A DNA stretch of 64,000 nucleotides. Origin: a virus. The notes beneath the pieces were generated by a model that was not told the origin of the DNA, searched no databases, and saw nothing but the letters and a program-made list of their open reading frames with translations. The stretch is taken from IMG/VR virus record IMGVR_UViG_2895319678_000007; one strand, written 5' to 3'. Position numbers and translations under genes: made by a program. Shown in pieces: positions 26,807 to 36,932 of this stretch (positions are counted from its first letter, which is position 1; every line of letters starts with the position of its first letter).

Positions 26807-27395
26807 TGGTCACCCCCAATAATAAGAGCGCATTCTGCCAGTGTACGTGTCCTTTTTCCGTATAGACTGTGGACGTTTTATCGTAAGAATACGCATAAAA
26901 CATCATAATCTCTTCCAGTGCGGGAAGCAGATCATCGGTCAATGGGACATTTTCATCTTTGGTCACGGTTGGGATCTGGATACACAATCCCCGCACTTTA
27001 TAATGTTCATGTGGATTGACTGGATAGGCTTCATATTCGCCCTCGGCACGATTCACTAAATATAGTGGGCCGCCCTCTCCATTGCATAAATCCATATCCC
27101 ATGCGGAGGGTGTTTCTTCCAGCGATGCCAGATACCGGATACGTCGTCCTGCACGGTTCGTGAGTGTATAGGGGGGCACGAAAGCCGTACATGACGTGTG
27201 CAACAGGCCATCGGGCGGCAAATCATACATGACCATTTCACCAAACTGCCGTGGATGATAACGCCCGATAACCCGCAGGCCGTAATTAACAGCAATAAGC
27301 AGATCCACCTCCTGCCAATGCGTGTAAGCATATCCCGGCTCTTGGTCTTCAAGGCGACGGGATACACGTTCAATCACGCTATTCGTTGTCGCCAT
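26790..27395 (-). CDS. Head-tail adaptor (DUF6682-like)
   Basis: VIERVSRRLED...HW...DLLIAVNYG..HP motif. Confidence 0.62.
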   Translation of the reverse strand: MATTNSVIERVSRRLEDQEPGYAYTHWQEVDLLIAVNYGLRVIGRYHPRQFGEMVMYDLPPDGLLHTSCTAFVPPYTLTNRAGRRIRYLASLEETPSAWDMDLCNGEGGPLYLVNRAEGEYEAYPVNPHEHYKVRGLCIQIPTVTKDENVPLTDDLLPALEEIMMFYAYSYDKTSTVYTEKGHVHWQNALLLLGVTNGSRQ

Positions 27396-27409
27396 AATCC
27401 CTCCGAAAA

Positions 27410-28051
27410 CTAAAAAACGTCTTTTGACATGTCGTTAAGATCTTGTATTACAACCGCATCATTTCCCATGCGCGTTTCATCATAGAATGCCGACACGACT
27501 TCGTTTCCGTTTCTAAATCCATGCGTTGGCATTATCGGTTCAACGAACAATCTTGCGCCCTGTACGGTTTCATGGAATCGTCGCTGCCGTATTTTCTCTT
27601 GATTAATCCGTAATGCTTCCTGTAAATCATCATGCGTATAGATATAGGAAATATCCGGGACACTGGCTAAAACCACTCGGTCAATCGGGCTTTCTGCATC
27701 AAAAGGCATAATATGACCATATGCATCAATGATAGCTAACGGTGTTGCCCCTGGCGATACGGGAGGCTTCATGCGTTCACGAAGTGCCGTCACGTTTTCA
27801 TCATATCCACGTACCTGTAATAATTGATTCGGGTTATGACGTGGCTGTAATGCCGTGCCCCCTCGTTGAAAATGAACGCGCTTACGCGGGGCTTTGGATT
27901 CTACAAGCGTATTATGAGAGTTTACAGAAGACGCAACTTCCAATTCCTCAGTCGCTTTTTGCTGCCGCGTTTGGGGTGTTTCATAGGCTAAAGCCGTCGA
28001 TGCATTACCGGCGGTCTGTCGCCGGGTACGGCGTGTGACTTTTTCTGCCAT
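27410..28051 (-). CDS. Hypothetical protein downstream of the capsid genes
   Basis: 213-aa ORF with SD GGAG. Confidence 0.6.
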   Translation of the reverse strand: MAEKVTRRTRRQTAGNASTALAYETPQTRQQKATEELEVASSVNSHNTLVESKAPRKRVHFQRGGTALQPRHNPNQLLQVRGYDENVTALRERMKPPVSPGATPLAIIDAYGHIMPFDAESPIDRVVLASVPDISYIYTHDDLQEALRINQEKIRQRRFHETVQGARLFVEPIMPTHGFRNGNEVVSAFYDETRMGNDAVVIQDLNDMSKDVF

Positions 28052-28065
28052 GCTCCTCTCCTAAA

Positions 28066-28092
28066 ATAAAGGGGCGTATTATTTTCCCCTCA
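28066..28092 (-). terminator. Intrinsic terminator after the capsid/decoration genes
   Basis: AGGGG-AAAATAATACG-CCCCT followed by TTATTTT on the minus strand. Confidence 0.6.
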
Positions 28093-28101
28093 TGCTACAC
28101 C

Positions 28102-29001
28102 TTAATTCAGTGGCTGACACTCTGGGTCAGGGAAGACTGTTTCACACGGTGCGGGTGCACAGTTACACGGATGTTCATCAAAAAACTCCGTAATATCCGC
28201 ATAAATTCCCACACACGCATCAAACGGTAAGGCTTCTTTCGTTGTCTTATCTTTTCCCGCTGTAAAGGTATTGACCAGATAACCGTTGGTGGTCGTCAGT
28301 ACGGGCACCGGTAAACCACTTCCTGTGCCGTCTGCCGAAGCGCCGCGTGGAATCTGTATCGTCACCGTTTGTGACGGCACCGTAACCGTTCCCGTAACCC
28401 CGGTGCCATCGGTTGTCTTAAAATCACTTACCGTAATCGTCTGTGCTGGAATAACCACATCGACGGGTGTCGTGTTGCCTGTATCTTGTTTTTCCAACTT
28501 CTCATTCGGTAATTTCGTTCGTGGCTCAGGCAATGTACTGGTGGTTGGCACGTACCCCAGGTAAAAGCCGGGTTTCCCTAAATCAACCACTAACTGTTTA
28601 CCGCCGCCATCCACCACAGGGAGTTTATCCGCACCGGTGACTTTTCCTGTTTTCGCATCATACACAGACAGCTCGACAAACGGTGTCAGGGTGCCCGCGC
28701 CTACGCGCTTGACGTGATAGACTATGGCATTAATTAACCAGCCTGTTCCTAATAGGTGCGTGGCAATTTCTGCCCCATCGGGCATTTTAAAGTCCGTTTT
28801 CTCACTCAATCCCGGTACTTCATAGGCACCCGTATAGGCAAAGTCTTGGGTATCAATATGGTTTTCTAGCTGATGATTTCGTTTTTTCTGATGCCCTGCC
28901 GGTTGAACGGGCAGAACATCATTGAAGGCTGAAAACAGCGTATCATCAATCCGGCGAAGTACGTTGCCCCCGTCGAATAAGCCAAAGCGTTTCGCTGACA
29001 T
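28102..29001 (-). CDS. Probable capsid decoration/minor head protein
   Basis: Directly follows the MCP; beta-rich with a Thr/Val-rich insertion and Cys-rich C-terminus. Confidence 0.55.
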   Translation of the reverse strand: MSAKRFGLFDGGNVLRRIDDTLFSAFNDVLPVQPAGHQKKRNHQLENHIDTQDFAYTGAYEVPGLSEKTDFKMPDGAEIATHLLGTGWLINAIVYHVKRVGAGTLTPFVELSVYDAKTGKVTGADKLPVVDGGGKQLVVDLGKPGFYLGYVPTTSTLPEPRTKLPNEKLEKQDTGNTTPVDVVIPAQTITVSDFKTTDGTGVTGTVTVPSQTVTIQIPRGASADGTGSGLPVPVLTTTNGYLVNTFTAGKDKTTKEALPFDACVGIYADITEFFDEHPCNCAPAPCETVFPDPECQPLN

Positions 29002-29010
29002 TTTTCCTCC

Positions 29011-29976
29011 TTATTTCTTCAGGGTAATGTACATGACGGCCATCGCTTCAGGGCGCATGAGTTTAAACCCATAAACCTGTAGCCCCTGCCAATAGGTCGC
29101 AAAATCCGTGGCATCCGAATCTATCACACGGTTGTAATTGATTTGCGTGATCATCAAGATGGCATCTTTACGGCCAAACAGGACGGTATAACACCGATCT
29201 CCGGTTTCAGGATCAATATAAGTCGGGGATTCATGCGTAAACACAAAGGTAAATCCCACCATATCCGGCCAAACTTCGCCGTTCATTAAGACAATCGATT
29301 TCGCCTGACCGGATTTTGACGCATCGTACAAAACAGAATTCGCTTGATACATCAACGGCTGTAGCGCATACGGTGTGACAATAATAAAAGGGCCACTCAC
29401 ACCCTGCTCTGCCAGTACCGCACGCCCATTGGCAAGCTGCTCACCGATATTCGTAGCGGATACCGTGATCGGATGGCCGAGCGTCCCTAAGTTATACTGT
29501 CCCGTCCGTTTGCCTGCGCATTGTCCCTTATTAAACGGTGAAACCTGCCAAGGCGTCTGAATAAGAATTTCGCGGGATATCGACAAGTCCATTTTGTTCG
29601 CAGCGTCGTCTTTCCAGGAATTCACCCAGGTATTAATATTCTCGATTTGTCGCGTATCAATGTAATTGACTTTCAATGACCAGTATTTCGCCCGGTCAAT
29701 CGTCATACGGAAGATATCCGTTGCTAACTTACTGTGTGTTAACGGCTGATTCTTCTGATAATCGAAGATTTCCGCCTCCGGCTCACGGCGTAAAATGACT
29801 TCATTACCCGTGGTACTAATTTCTTTCGGAATATCCGCCGCCTGACTTGTCGTGATTTGTGCGGTTATGCCTTTCATCTTAAATCGTGCAATCAGCGCTT
29901 TTCCGATAATCGGATTCGTCAGGAAACTGTAATTCGGATACCCTGACGCGGCTGGCACTACACCCATCTGTCGCAT
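29011..29976 (-). CDS. Major capsid protein (HK97 fold, P22-coat-like podophage family)
   Basis: ASGYPNYS, GNEVILRREP..IFDYQK, MTIDRAKYW, YWQGLQVYGFKLMRPEA. Confidence 0.82.
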   Translation of the reverse strand: MRQMGVVPAASGYPNYSFLTNPIIGKALIARFKMKGITAQITTSQAADIPKEISTTGNEVILRREPEAEIFDYQKNQPLTHSKLATDIFRMTIDRAKYWSLKVNYIDTRQIENINTWVNSWKDDAANKMDLSISREILIQTPWQVSPFNKGQCAGKRTGQYNLGTLGHPITVSATNIGEQLANGRAVLAEQGVSGPFIIVTPYALQPLMYQANSVLYDASKSGQAKSIVLMNGEVWPDMVGFTFVFTHESPTYIDPETGDRCYTVLFGRKDAILMITQINYNRVIDSDATDFATYWQGLQVYGFKLMRPEAMAVMYITLKK

Positions 29977-30003
29977 ATGAACTCCTCAATTTATGCTATG
30001 CCA

Positions 30004-31098
30004 TTAATCAACAACACGCCCTTGCAACATTGCCAACTGGAACTGATCTTCTATCTTCTGATAGCGTTCTGCGTCCATTTGTCCCGACATAAATGCTGCG
30101 TAAGCCTTATCGTATTCGCGCTGACTCAACACCTGTTTGCGTTGAACAGGCGGTGTATTCCCCAGCGCCGTGCCCTGATAATTGACCGGCTGATGGAGTT
30201 GTCCCTGACTGCCCTGATTTAGACCACTGCGAAAGGTCTGTAATAAACTGATCAACCGTTGTGCATCACCCTGTTTCCAAGCCATATCCACGAGTTTTCC
30301 GTATGAATATCCTCCGGCGGCTTCCGAATTGCGAAATGTCGTAAATGCCGGATGTGCTGTTAAGGTTTCGACATCGGGCACCTGAGAACGGATGATAATG
30401 TTCATTTCCTGCTCCGGTGTCATACCTTGCGAAGCTGGCGTATTCTGTGATGCTTTCAGTTGATTAAGTTCACCTTGTAACCGAAATTGTTCCTGTGCAA
30501 TACGTTGTAGATTCGGAGCCATACTCTTAAGTATCTTTTGTGTCTGCTCGGCGGCTTGTTTCCGAATATATTGCGCAGAGTCACCGTAGATTTTTTCTTC
30601 CTCGGCTGAGATCTTAATATCATCAAGATTGACCTGGGGTATCAGCGACTGCAAAAATTGCTCTTGCTCTTTCTGTTGTTGTTCGGCCAGTTGTTGCTGT
30701 CTGATCTGTAAATCCTGTTGTTGTTGGTGTTGCAAACGCTGGTTCTCTAACTGGAGCCGTTGTGCTTCAAAAAGCTGTTGCTGCTGTTGATTGTGTTGCA
30801 TCTGGGTCAGCAACGCACTCAAATTCGGATCGGTTATCACTCCTGATGTATTGGCTTGCCCTGCGGGGGGTGTACCTGCTGTGGAGGACAGCCCTTTAAT
30901 ATTGCCCTGATCATCAAAAAGACTGATAACATCATAGTCGTTCTGGCCTTGTGCATTCCGTGGCTCTTGCGGCTGTCCCTGAAAACCGTTTTGTGCGGGC
31001 TGCGCTGTTGAGGGCGTCCATGTTGCTGTATTGTTCTGTGTCGCAGGAGGCTGTTCCCATACCGGCTGATTCGTATCATCGTTAAATAAACCTGGCAT
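30004..31098 (-). CDS. Capsid scaffolding protein
   Basis: Gln-rich coiled coil immediately upstream of the MCP; C-terminal MLQGRVVD. Confidence 0.65.
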   Translation of the reverse strand: MPGLFNDDTNQPVWEQPPATQNNTATWTPSTAQPAQNGFQGQPQEPRNAQGQNDYDVISLFDDQGNIKGLSSTAGTPPAGQANTSGVITDPNLSALLTQMQHNQQQQQLFEAQRLQLENQRLQHQQQQDLQIRQQQLAEQQQKEQEQFLQSLIPQVNLDDIKISAEEEKIYGDSAQYIRKQAAEQTQKILKSMAPNLQRIAQEQFRLQGELNQLKASQNTPASQGMTPEQEMNIIIRSQVPDVETLTAHPAFTTFRNSEAAGGYSYGKLVDMAWKQGDAQRLISLLQTFRSGLNQGSQGQLHQPVNYQGTALGNTPPVQRKQVLSQREYDKAYAAFMSGQMDAERYQKIEDQFQLAMLQGRVVD

Positions 31099-31107
31099 AA
31101 TGGCACC

Positions 31108-31293
31108 TTATTCGTTCAAATCGTTTAATATCTCTTTCAGGACAGCAACACGTCCCCGGTTAAAATCGTTCGCATCCGTATTTTCATACGCTTCACGGGC
31201 ATCCGCTAATGCCTGTTGCAGACATTTTATGAACTGCTGAAAACCGCGATGCTGTTTTAAAACGCTTATCGGTACGTCACGATTATCGATCAT
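31108..31293 (-). CDS. Small helical protein (Bbp19-like), paralog
   Basis: LADAREAYE...A..FNRGRVAVLKEIL. Confidence 0.65.
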   Translation of the reverse strand: MIDNRDVPISVLKQHRGFQQFIKCLQQALADAREAYENTDANDFNRGRVAVLKEILNDLNE

Positions 31294-31610
31294 ATTGTCC
31301 CTCTCACGGTCACGAGATAATCCACCACAAGCAGATTTAAATCCACATCCTGCTGTTGATCTAAGGCAAACGCATATGTCCCCGGTAACGTACTGACAAA
31401 TTGCGGGCTACTTGCTGATATTTTAACCTGTTTATCGTCAACATTAAATGGTTGATAATCAACGTCTTTGACCGTATCACTCTTTTTGGGGGCATAGTAG
31501 ACCAGATAACCGTATTTAGGATTGCTGGCCTGTGCCACGCTGGCAATCAATGTCTGTGGTTTATCATTCTCACCAATGGTGAGGACTTTTGCATAGCAAC
31601 CTTTTGCCAT
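31290..31610 (-). CDS. Hypothetical beta-rich virion-cluster protein
   Basis: 106 aa, coupled to both neighbours. Confidence 0.6.
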   Translation of the reverse strand: MAKGCYAKVLTIGENDKPQTLIASVAQASNPKYGYLVYYAPKKSDTVKDVDYQPFNVDDKQVKISASSPQFVSTLPGTYAFALDQQQDVDLNLLVVDYLVTVRGTI

Positions 31611-31816
31611 TACAATTTCTCCATTGGTGTTATAAATAGAACTCTCAATACTGTTTTATAGGCTTGTAATAATCGCCTACGTTCTTCCGTTGCCGGATGG
31701 GTTTCATACTGTTCACGGGCCTGTGCCAATTGGGCTTCTAAAAACCAGCGGATATGTCGCCCAATCACATGATTACGTAACCTGTTAATTCCTCGATACT
31801 GTTCATCCGTAATCAT
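31610..31816 (-). CDS. Small helical protein (Bbp19-like), paralog
   Basis: LAQAREQYE...A..RRRLLQAYKTVL aligns with 31108-31293. Confidence 0.65.
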   Translation of the reverse strand: MITDEQYRGINRLRNHVIGRHIRWFLEAQLAQAREQYETHPATEERRRLLQAYKTVLRVLFITPMEKL

Positions 31817-32001
31817 AGTGCCTCCTGTGAAATTGCGCGATACACGATTAGGGATTCCCGATGTTCTTCGGGCAGTTTTCCTTGCTGTTCTAACTCGGCA
31901 TAATTTTCCGGTATTTCTAAACGCTCCCGCAGTAACTCATAAATCGCTTCGGCTTCGGGCATACTGCGAAAGGTGGCAATAGCTTCCTGTAATTCCTTCA
32001 T
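31813..32001 (-). CDS. Small helical protein, possible third paralog
   Basis: 62 aa, ATGA overlaps with neighbours. Confidence 0.55.
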   Translation of the reverse strand: MKELQEAIATFRSMPEAEAIYELLRERLEIPENYAELEQQGKLPEEHRESLIVYRAISQEAL

Positions 32002-33998
32002 GGTTTCCCCAAAATAACGTTAGAAATCAGGTTTCTCGGTTTACCTTCACTATCGAATACAATCCCCGTTACAAGTCCGTCTAGCTTTAAAGCGGCTGCC
32101 ATATTCTGGTCTATATATTCATAACCGGGTAAATCACCATAATTATCAGTATAATTGGTGACTGAAAGCTGAGACATGCCGGAACTTTCCCCGATTAAAT
32201 CGCCCGGAAATTTTGTTTCATGTGGATTTTGAGACAAATTGGCATAAGAACAGGCAACGAAGGTCTGTTGTGCCCCTTCAAGTACGGAATTTTTTCCAGT
32301 GATACCCCACCAGGTTTCTGTCTTACCCTCAGAAGGATTCTTCTGAGCAGCAGCAGGAGCATGTTTGTTTTGAAAGATACAGCCATAATAGATCACTTTT
32401 CCATCACTCATACCGTACACCCCGTAGGTATCCCACCGTACCCAGTCGGCGGTATACTCTTTCGGTGCGCCAGAGGTGCCCGGCTCATTCACCGCCTCAC
32501 ACATAAACTGTAATCCGGTACACACTAATTGTCCGCCGCCTTGTGGTGAACAACTGTATATGTCGTAAACCTGTATAGAGGGTGTGTAATATGCCAGGTA
32601 ATATATTTTTGGCCGAGTAAAACCACTGTGTGCCCACCAATTGTATGAGGGTCTTTCCGGTGTCAATTTAGGCACTTTATCACCGTCAATTAAGGGATCA
32701 CCATAGGCTTGAATATTTCTTTGTGCCCCATTGGTCACAGCAAAACCAGGCCAGATATATTCGCCACCACAACGTAAAAAAATAGTATTACTTTGATCTG
32801 CCGGAATACGCTTAAGTGCCTCTTGTAATGTTTTCAATGGTTGCTTTGGGTCGTTCCCTGCATGGGTATCATCCCCGGCTACAGAGTCGACAAATAATTT
32901 CGAGACATCTTTAGTGGCCTCTACGCCATAATACAATCCGTTGTTGCGGATCGTCAGTAAATTACCGCCATCGGCTGAAAGTTTAACCCCTAATGGATCA
33001 GCAGCTATACCCGAACCAGTCAAAGAATTATTGACACTGACTTTAATTTTATTGTTCAGGCTATTAATCAGTGTCGTCATGACATTCTGATTGGCAACAA
33101 ACGCGTTAATCACCTTTTGCAAATCCAGATCCAAACAATGGCCTTCCGTCCCATCCCCCGTGATAAAACCCGTATTTGCAACACACACTTTGACTTTATT
33201 GACTAAGGCTTTTTTTATCTCATCCATCGATAAGGTTATGGCATCGCACTGGTTATCAATCTTGATATGCAACCCGGTATCGTCCATTGTGATGGAATCA
33301 ATCACTTTCCAGCAGACACGCGTGAAGTCGATATTCAAAGGCACATCGTCACCGTTTCCGGTCAGTGGGCTATCCCGGTCAATCTTAACGCGTCGTAAAG
33401 CGGCTGCCAGTACTTTAATCACCTTACCATTGCCTAAGACTAATTCGATATCCCCGTTCGTATCAATATTGCCACTGGTTACCGTTGCATCATTCAGTAA
33501 TTGACCTAAATCCGTAGTGACTTTACTGCCATCACCTAACGTCAGTTCAAGGTGATTATCTTTCGTTAAAACCGCACTTTTGAGCGTTTTACCAGCAATG
33601 GCCTCTGTCACCGCTTTTGTGAAATCCGCCGTTAGCTGTGTACCGTCTTTCAGGGTCAGCGTTACCGTCATGCCCATCGTCGTTACACTTTGTGGCACGA
33701 TTGACGCGAGATTCACTCCGTGAGTTGTCCCCCTCTGATCTACTAACGTGATACGTTCGCCGTCAAACGAGAAAGCCACAATCCCCGGAATAGCAATATC
33801 GCCGTTATGAATGGCATCTTGCGCCAATTTATTCAGTTGATCACATTTTATGACGTGGGTTGCGGGCGCGAGGACATTTCCCTGACAATCCAATAGGCCC
33901 GCTTGTATTTCATTACAGATTATCTTCTGATTAATCACCGACTGAATATAATTACTGACCTGCTCAAGCGTTAATATAGGGGAACAACAATTAGACAT
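31998..33998 (-). CDS. Tailspike/tail fibre with LELTLGDG-type repeats and a beta-helix-like C-terminal domain
   Basis: LFVDSVAGDDTHAGND.KQPLKTLQEAL motif; start corrected to ATG 33998 (SD AGGAG). Confidence 0.72.
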   Translation of the reverse strand: MSNCCSPILTLEQVSNYIQSVINQKIICNEIQAGLLDCQGNVLAPATHVIKCDQLNKLAQDAIHNGDIAIPGIVAFSFDGERITLVDQRGTTHGVNLASIVPQSVTTMGMTVTLTLKDGTQLTADFTKAVTEAIAGKTLKSAVLTKDNHLELTLGDGSKVTTDLGQLLNDATVTSGNIDTNGDIELVLGNGKVIKVLAAALRRVKIDRDSPLTGNGDDVPLNIDFTRVCWKVIDSITMDDTGLHIKIDNQCDAITLSMDEIKKALVNKVKVCVANTGFITGDGTEGHCLDLDLQKVINAFVANQNVMTTLINSLNNKIKVSVNNSLTGSGIAADPLGVKLSADGGNLLTIRNNGLYYGVEATKDVSKLFVDSVAGDDTHAGNDPKQPLKTLQEALKRIPADQSNTIFLRCGGEYIWPGFAVTNGAQRNIQAYGDPLIDGDKVPKLTPERPSYNWWAHSGFTRPKIYYLAYYTPSIQVYDIYSCSPQGGGQLVCTGLQFMCEAVNEPGTSGAPKEYTADWVRWDTYGVYGMSDGKVIYYGCIFQNKHAPAAAQKNPSEGKTETWWGITGKNSVLEGAQQTFVACSYANLSQNPHETKFPGDLIGESSGMSQLSVTNYTDNYGDLPGYEYIDQNMAAALKLDGLVTGIVFDSEGKPRNLISNVILGKP

Positions 33999-34008
33999 TT
34001 TTCTTCTC

Positions 34009-34521
34009 CTAACACTTCGCGTTGTTATACAACATCGCCCAGACATGTTCCGTCGTTACCGGTTCTATTACGACGGTAACATGGCCTGCCGGTGTTTTTT
34101 CAATATGAAAGCCACACGGATCTGCGCCGTAAGCGATGCCAACCGGAATATCAATGATATATTCGCCCGGTGGCAGCATCATGCCACTGCCACGCCAATG
34201 TTCCAGAATGGCGTTATAATCTGTCTCACACCCTATCTGACAGGCCAGTACTCTCTGCACACGTAGCATGATTGCTGATTCGCAAAATGGTACATCCTCA
34301 CAAATCAGATGAACCTGAATCATCGTATTGGTAATAAAACGGTATTGCGATAATCCATTCGGTTTATCATCCGTATCACTCGGTGTCCCGGAATACTTCA
34401 TGTTTCTAAGCTGAGTGACCGGACAGCAGACGTTTTTATTCTTTGCAGGCGGTTCGCAAACTTCGGGTTCAAAAAATGTGGTGATTGAAAAATCAAAGTA
34501 CTGGCATTTTACCTGCGCCAT
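34009..34521 (-). CDS. Cys-rich hypothetical protein
   Basis: 170 aa, 9 Cys, directly after the portal. Confidence 0.6.
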   Translation of the reverse strand: MAQVKCQYFDFSITTFFEPEVCEPPAKNKNVCCPVTQLRNMKYSGTPSDTDDKPNGLSQYRFITNTMIQVHLICEDVPFCESAIMLRVQRVLACQIGCETDYNAILEHWRGSGMMLPPGEYIIDIPVGIAYGADPCGFHIEKTPAGHVTVVIEPVTTEHVWAMLYNNAKC

Positions 34522-34522
34522 A

Positions 34523-36532
34523 CTATCTCCCCAAAGAATGATTCATCTGGTTAATCGTTTGGATCGCCTGCGCACTCCGCCCATCCAGCGGTTGTGTATA
34601 ATCACTGTTATTCATCGCGGGTGCCCCCTCGATTGTCCCACTTTGCCCCGCGCCCACATTGTCCGCCATGCCTGTCAGTGACGCGATAATACCCTGATCC
34701 TGATTCATGGCATCCTGTAGTGCGATATTGGGTAATCCTTTTGTATCAACGCCCATCTGTGATAGAAGCTGCTCCAGAATACGCATAACAAATGCCGGAG
34801 GCACTTCAAATCCTTTGGCAAACGGTGCAAGAGACTGCAACACCCAAGTCAGATTCCCTTGTTGTTTTTCTTTTTCTTGCATTCCACGAACACCACTGGC
34901 CCGGACATTCACATCCCCTTTCAGCGAAGGGTTCGGATTAAACTGTAATTCTATGTCCACAAAGCGTTGTATGATGGGTTCAATCACATGATTTTCTGCA
35001 TACAGTAAGGGTTGCTTAATCGCCTTACTCGCCTGATTTAACATCATAGAGACGCCCCCCGATGTTCGGCCAAGCGTAGCCGCACCTTCTGTTTGTCCGA
35101 ACGCCAACCGGGGTATCCCGATTAATTCGTAAGCAGACGCATGGGCTTTATCAAAAATACTCCACAGCTCTCCGGCAAGACTGGGAATAGTATAAAACCG
35201 GTAAGCCGGTGCATTCTGGCTGAACGGATCTTGTTTAACCGGCGTAATCTTACGGGGATAAATTTCAGTCGGGTCACCTTCCCCTTTCACACGAGCCGTA
35301 TCCACTTCACCTAATGGGCCAGCAGAAAAATCCATATTGTTCACGAGTGCGCGCCCCGCCGTCGTACATTGGATTTGAACATCTTCAATCGTTTCCGGAA
35401 TGCTGCTTCCCCACAGTTCGCCCGGTAAATGGTAAAAGGCCGCTGTATAAAATGGCCGACGCCCCAGTGGATCAGGGTTCAGAACACATTTAATAATTGT
35501 ACCGGCCAACACCCATATTTCAGATTCATAAAGTCGGTATTCATTACTGATATCAACCCCGTACTCTTTTAATTTTGCACCCTGTATTCGGCCATAATGG
35601 ATCAAGACATCATAGATACCTATCCACGATAAGTCAGAGACACTGGCAATGCCGGAATCACCCAATGCATCCGGCTCTATTTCGCTACCGGTGGCTTCAT
35701 AAGGTAAAATGTACTTTTCATGATCCTGCAAGACATAAAATATCGATTCGGCATCAAAACCCACGGTGCCTGACATATCGAGAAGTTCACTCGACGTGAG
35801 TCGCTGACGTTCGATAACATATTCACAGGACTGTACATCTTTGGCATTCGGGGAGGGGAAAATATTAAAGGGCGAAATATTATAGACGCGATGAACCATC
35901 TTATCCTGATAGACCATTGCCATACCGTCCCATTCTTTCATCTTCCGGGTTTCATAAACGGGGCCTTTCAGAATGGCTAACGGATACGCAACATAGTTAT
36001 ACAGCCATTGACTGAATTCTGTTTTGAAATTTGCCATTTTCAGCTTTTGTAAAACAACCGGATACAAATTATCTGCCGCTGTCTTCGCTGCCTCGTTATA
36101 AAACGTCAGCGCCGTTTGCGTCATATTCTTTAACAGGTTCGAGAATAACGATTCATCGCCTCCCGTCATTTCAATGATACGTTGGATATTGGTTTCAATG
36201 GCACTCATTAATTCATCCTGTACAGGCGCAGGTAACTGAGCAACAGGATCGGTTTCTAAAACAAAAGGCTGTTCAAGAATAGGGTCAAGGACTTCTTCAA
36301 TCTGTGCATGGACATTTCGGGTGATCGGGCCGGTAATATTCATGGCAACTTCAATCTCATCATCGTCTGGATCTACCGGCACCGAGTCAATCTGTCCTTT
36401 CATCAGGTCAAGGCTACGCTGACAGCGGCGATGTGCATCACTGTTTGACGATGCTGCTTGCGTATAACGTGCAACAATCAAATTTCCCAGTGTCGCATTC
36501 ATCTTTTCCTTACTGCGTGACAGCTTCGCCAT
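34523..36532 (-). CDS. Portal protein
   Basis: 669 aa after terL; RVYNISPFNIFPSPNA, LNPDPLGRRPFY, GRTSGGVSMMLNQASK. Confidence 0.85.
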   Translation of the reverse strand: MAKLSRSKEKMNATLGNLIVARYTQAASSNSDAHRRCQRSLDLMKGQIDSVPVDPDDDEIEVAMNITGPITRNVHAQIEEVLDPILEQPFVLETDPVAQLPAPVQDELMSAIETNIQRIIEMTGGDESLFSNLLKNMTQTALTFYNEAAKTAADNLYPVVLQKLKMANFKTEFSQWLYNYVAYPLAILKGPVYETRKMKEWDGMAMVYQDKMVHRVYNISPFNIFPSPNAKDVQSCEYVIERQRLTSSELLDMSGTVGFDAESIFYVLQDHEKYILPYEATGSEIEPDALGDSGIASVSDLSWIGIYDVLIHYGRIQGAKLKEYGVDISNEYRLYESEIWVLAGTIIKCVLNPDPLGRRPFYTAAFYHLPGELWGSSIPETIEDVQIQCTTAGRALVNNMDFSAGPLGEVDTARVKGEGDPTEIYPRKITPVKQDPFSQNAPAYRFYTIPSLAGELWSIFDKAHASAYELIGIPRLAFGQTEGAATLGRTSGGVSMMLNQASKAIKQPLLYAENHVIEPIIQRFVDIELQFNPNPSLKGDVNVRASGVRGMQEKEKQQGNLTWVLQSLAPFAKGFEVPPAFVMRILEQLLSQMGVDTKGLPNIALQDAMNQDQGIIASLTGMADNVGAGQSGTIEGAPAMNNSDYTQPLDGRSAQAIQTINQMNHSLGR

Positions 36533-36537
36533 CGTAT

Positions 36538-36606
36538 TTACACCCTGTATTTTTTGCTACGGGCAGGACAACCCGTTTTACGATTACCACAACGCGCGTA
36601 ATACAT
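36538..36606 (-). CDS. 22-aa basic peptide MYYARCGNRKTGCPARSKKYRV (not in ORF track)
   Basis: Strong SD GGAGG; fills the gap between the 105-aa gene and the portal. Confidence 0.55.
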   Translation of the reverse strand: MYYARCGNRKTGCPARSKKYRV

Positions 36607-36614
36607 ATAACCTC

Positions 36615-36932
36615 CTATCTTAAACGTGATGTTAAGTGTGGTGCAGTGACTAAGATAAAGTTATAAACAACTGCCATATCGGGTTCTTTCGTCGCAAGGA
36701 AATAACTCTTCACAATGTCCGATGCCGATCCAAACAGTAATGTCCATACGGTTGCCATCTGCGTTTCTATCGGAATTAACGTCTGACAAAGCGTCGTAAC
36801 GGCTTCGGGCAGTTCTGTCCCATTCGTCGGACTGCCCTCAATAGTATCGCATATTTGCAGTAAGTCATTAACATTTGATTGAATTCTGTTCAGAAGAACA
36901 CGTGTTCCATCAATATCTAACCCCTTAATCAT
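36615..36932 (-). CDS. Hypothetical protein
   Basis: 105 aa, overlaps the terL stop. Confidence 0.6.
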   Translation of the reverse strand: MIKGLDIDGTRVLLNRIQSNVNDLLQICDTIEGSPTNGTELPEAVTTLCQTLIPIETQMATVWTLLFGSASDIVKSYFLATKEPDMAVVYNFILVTAPHLTSRLR

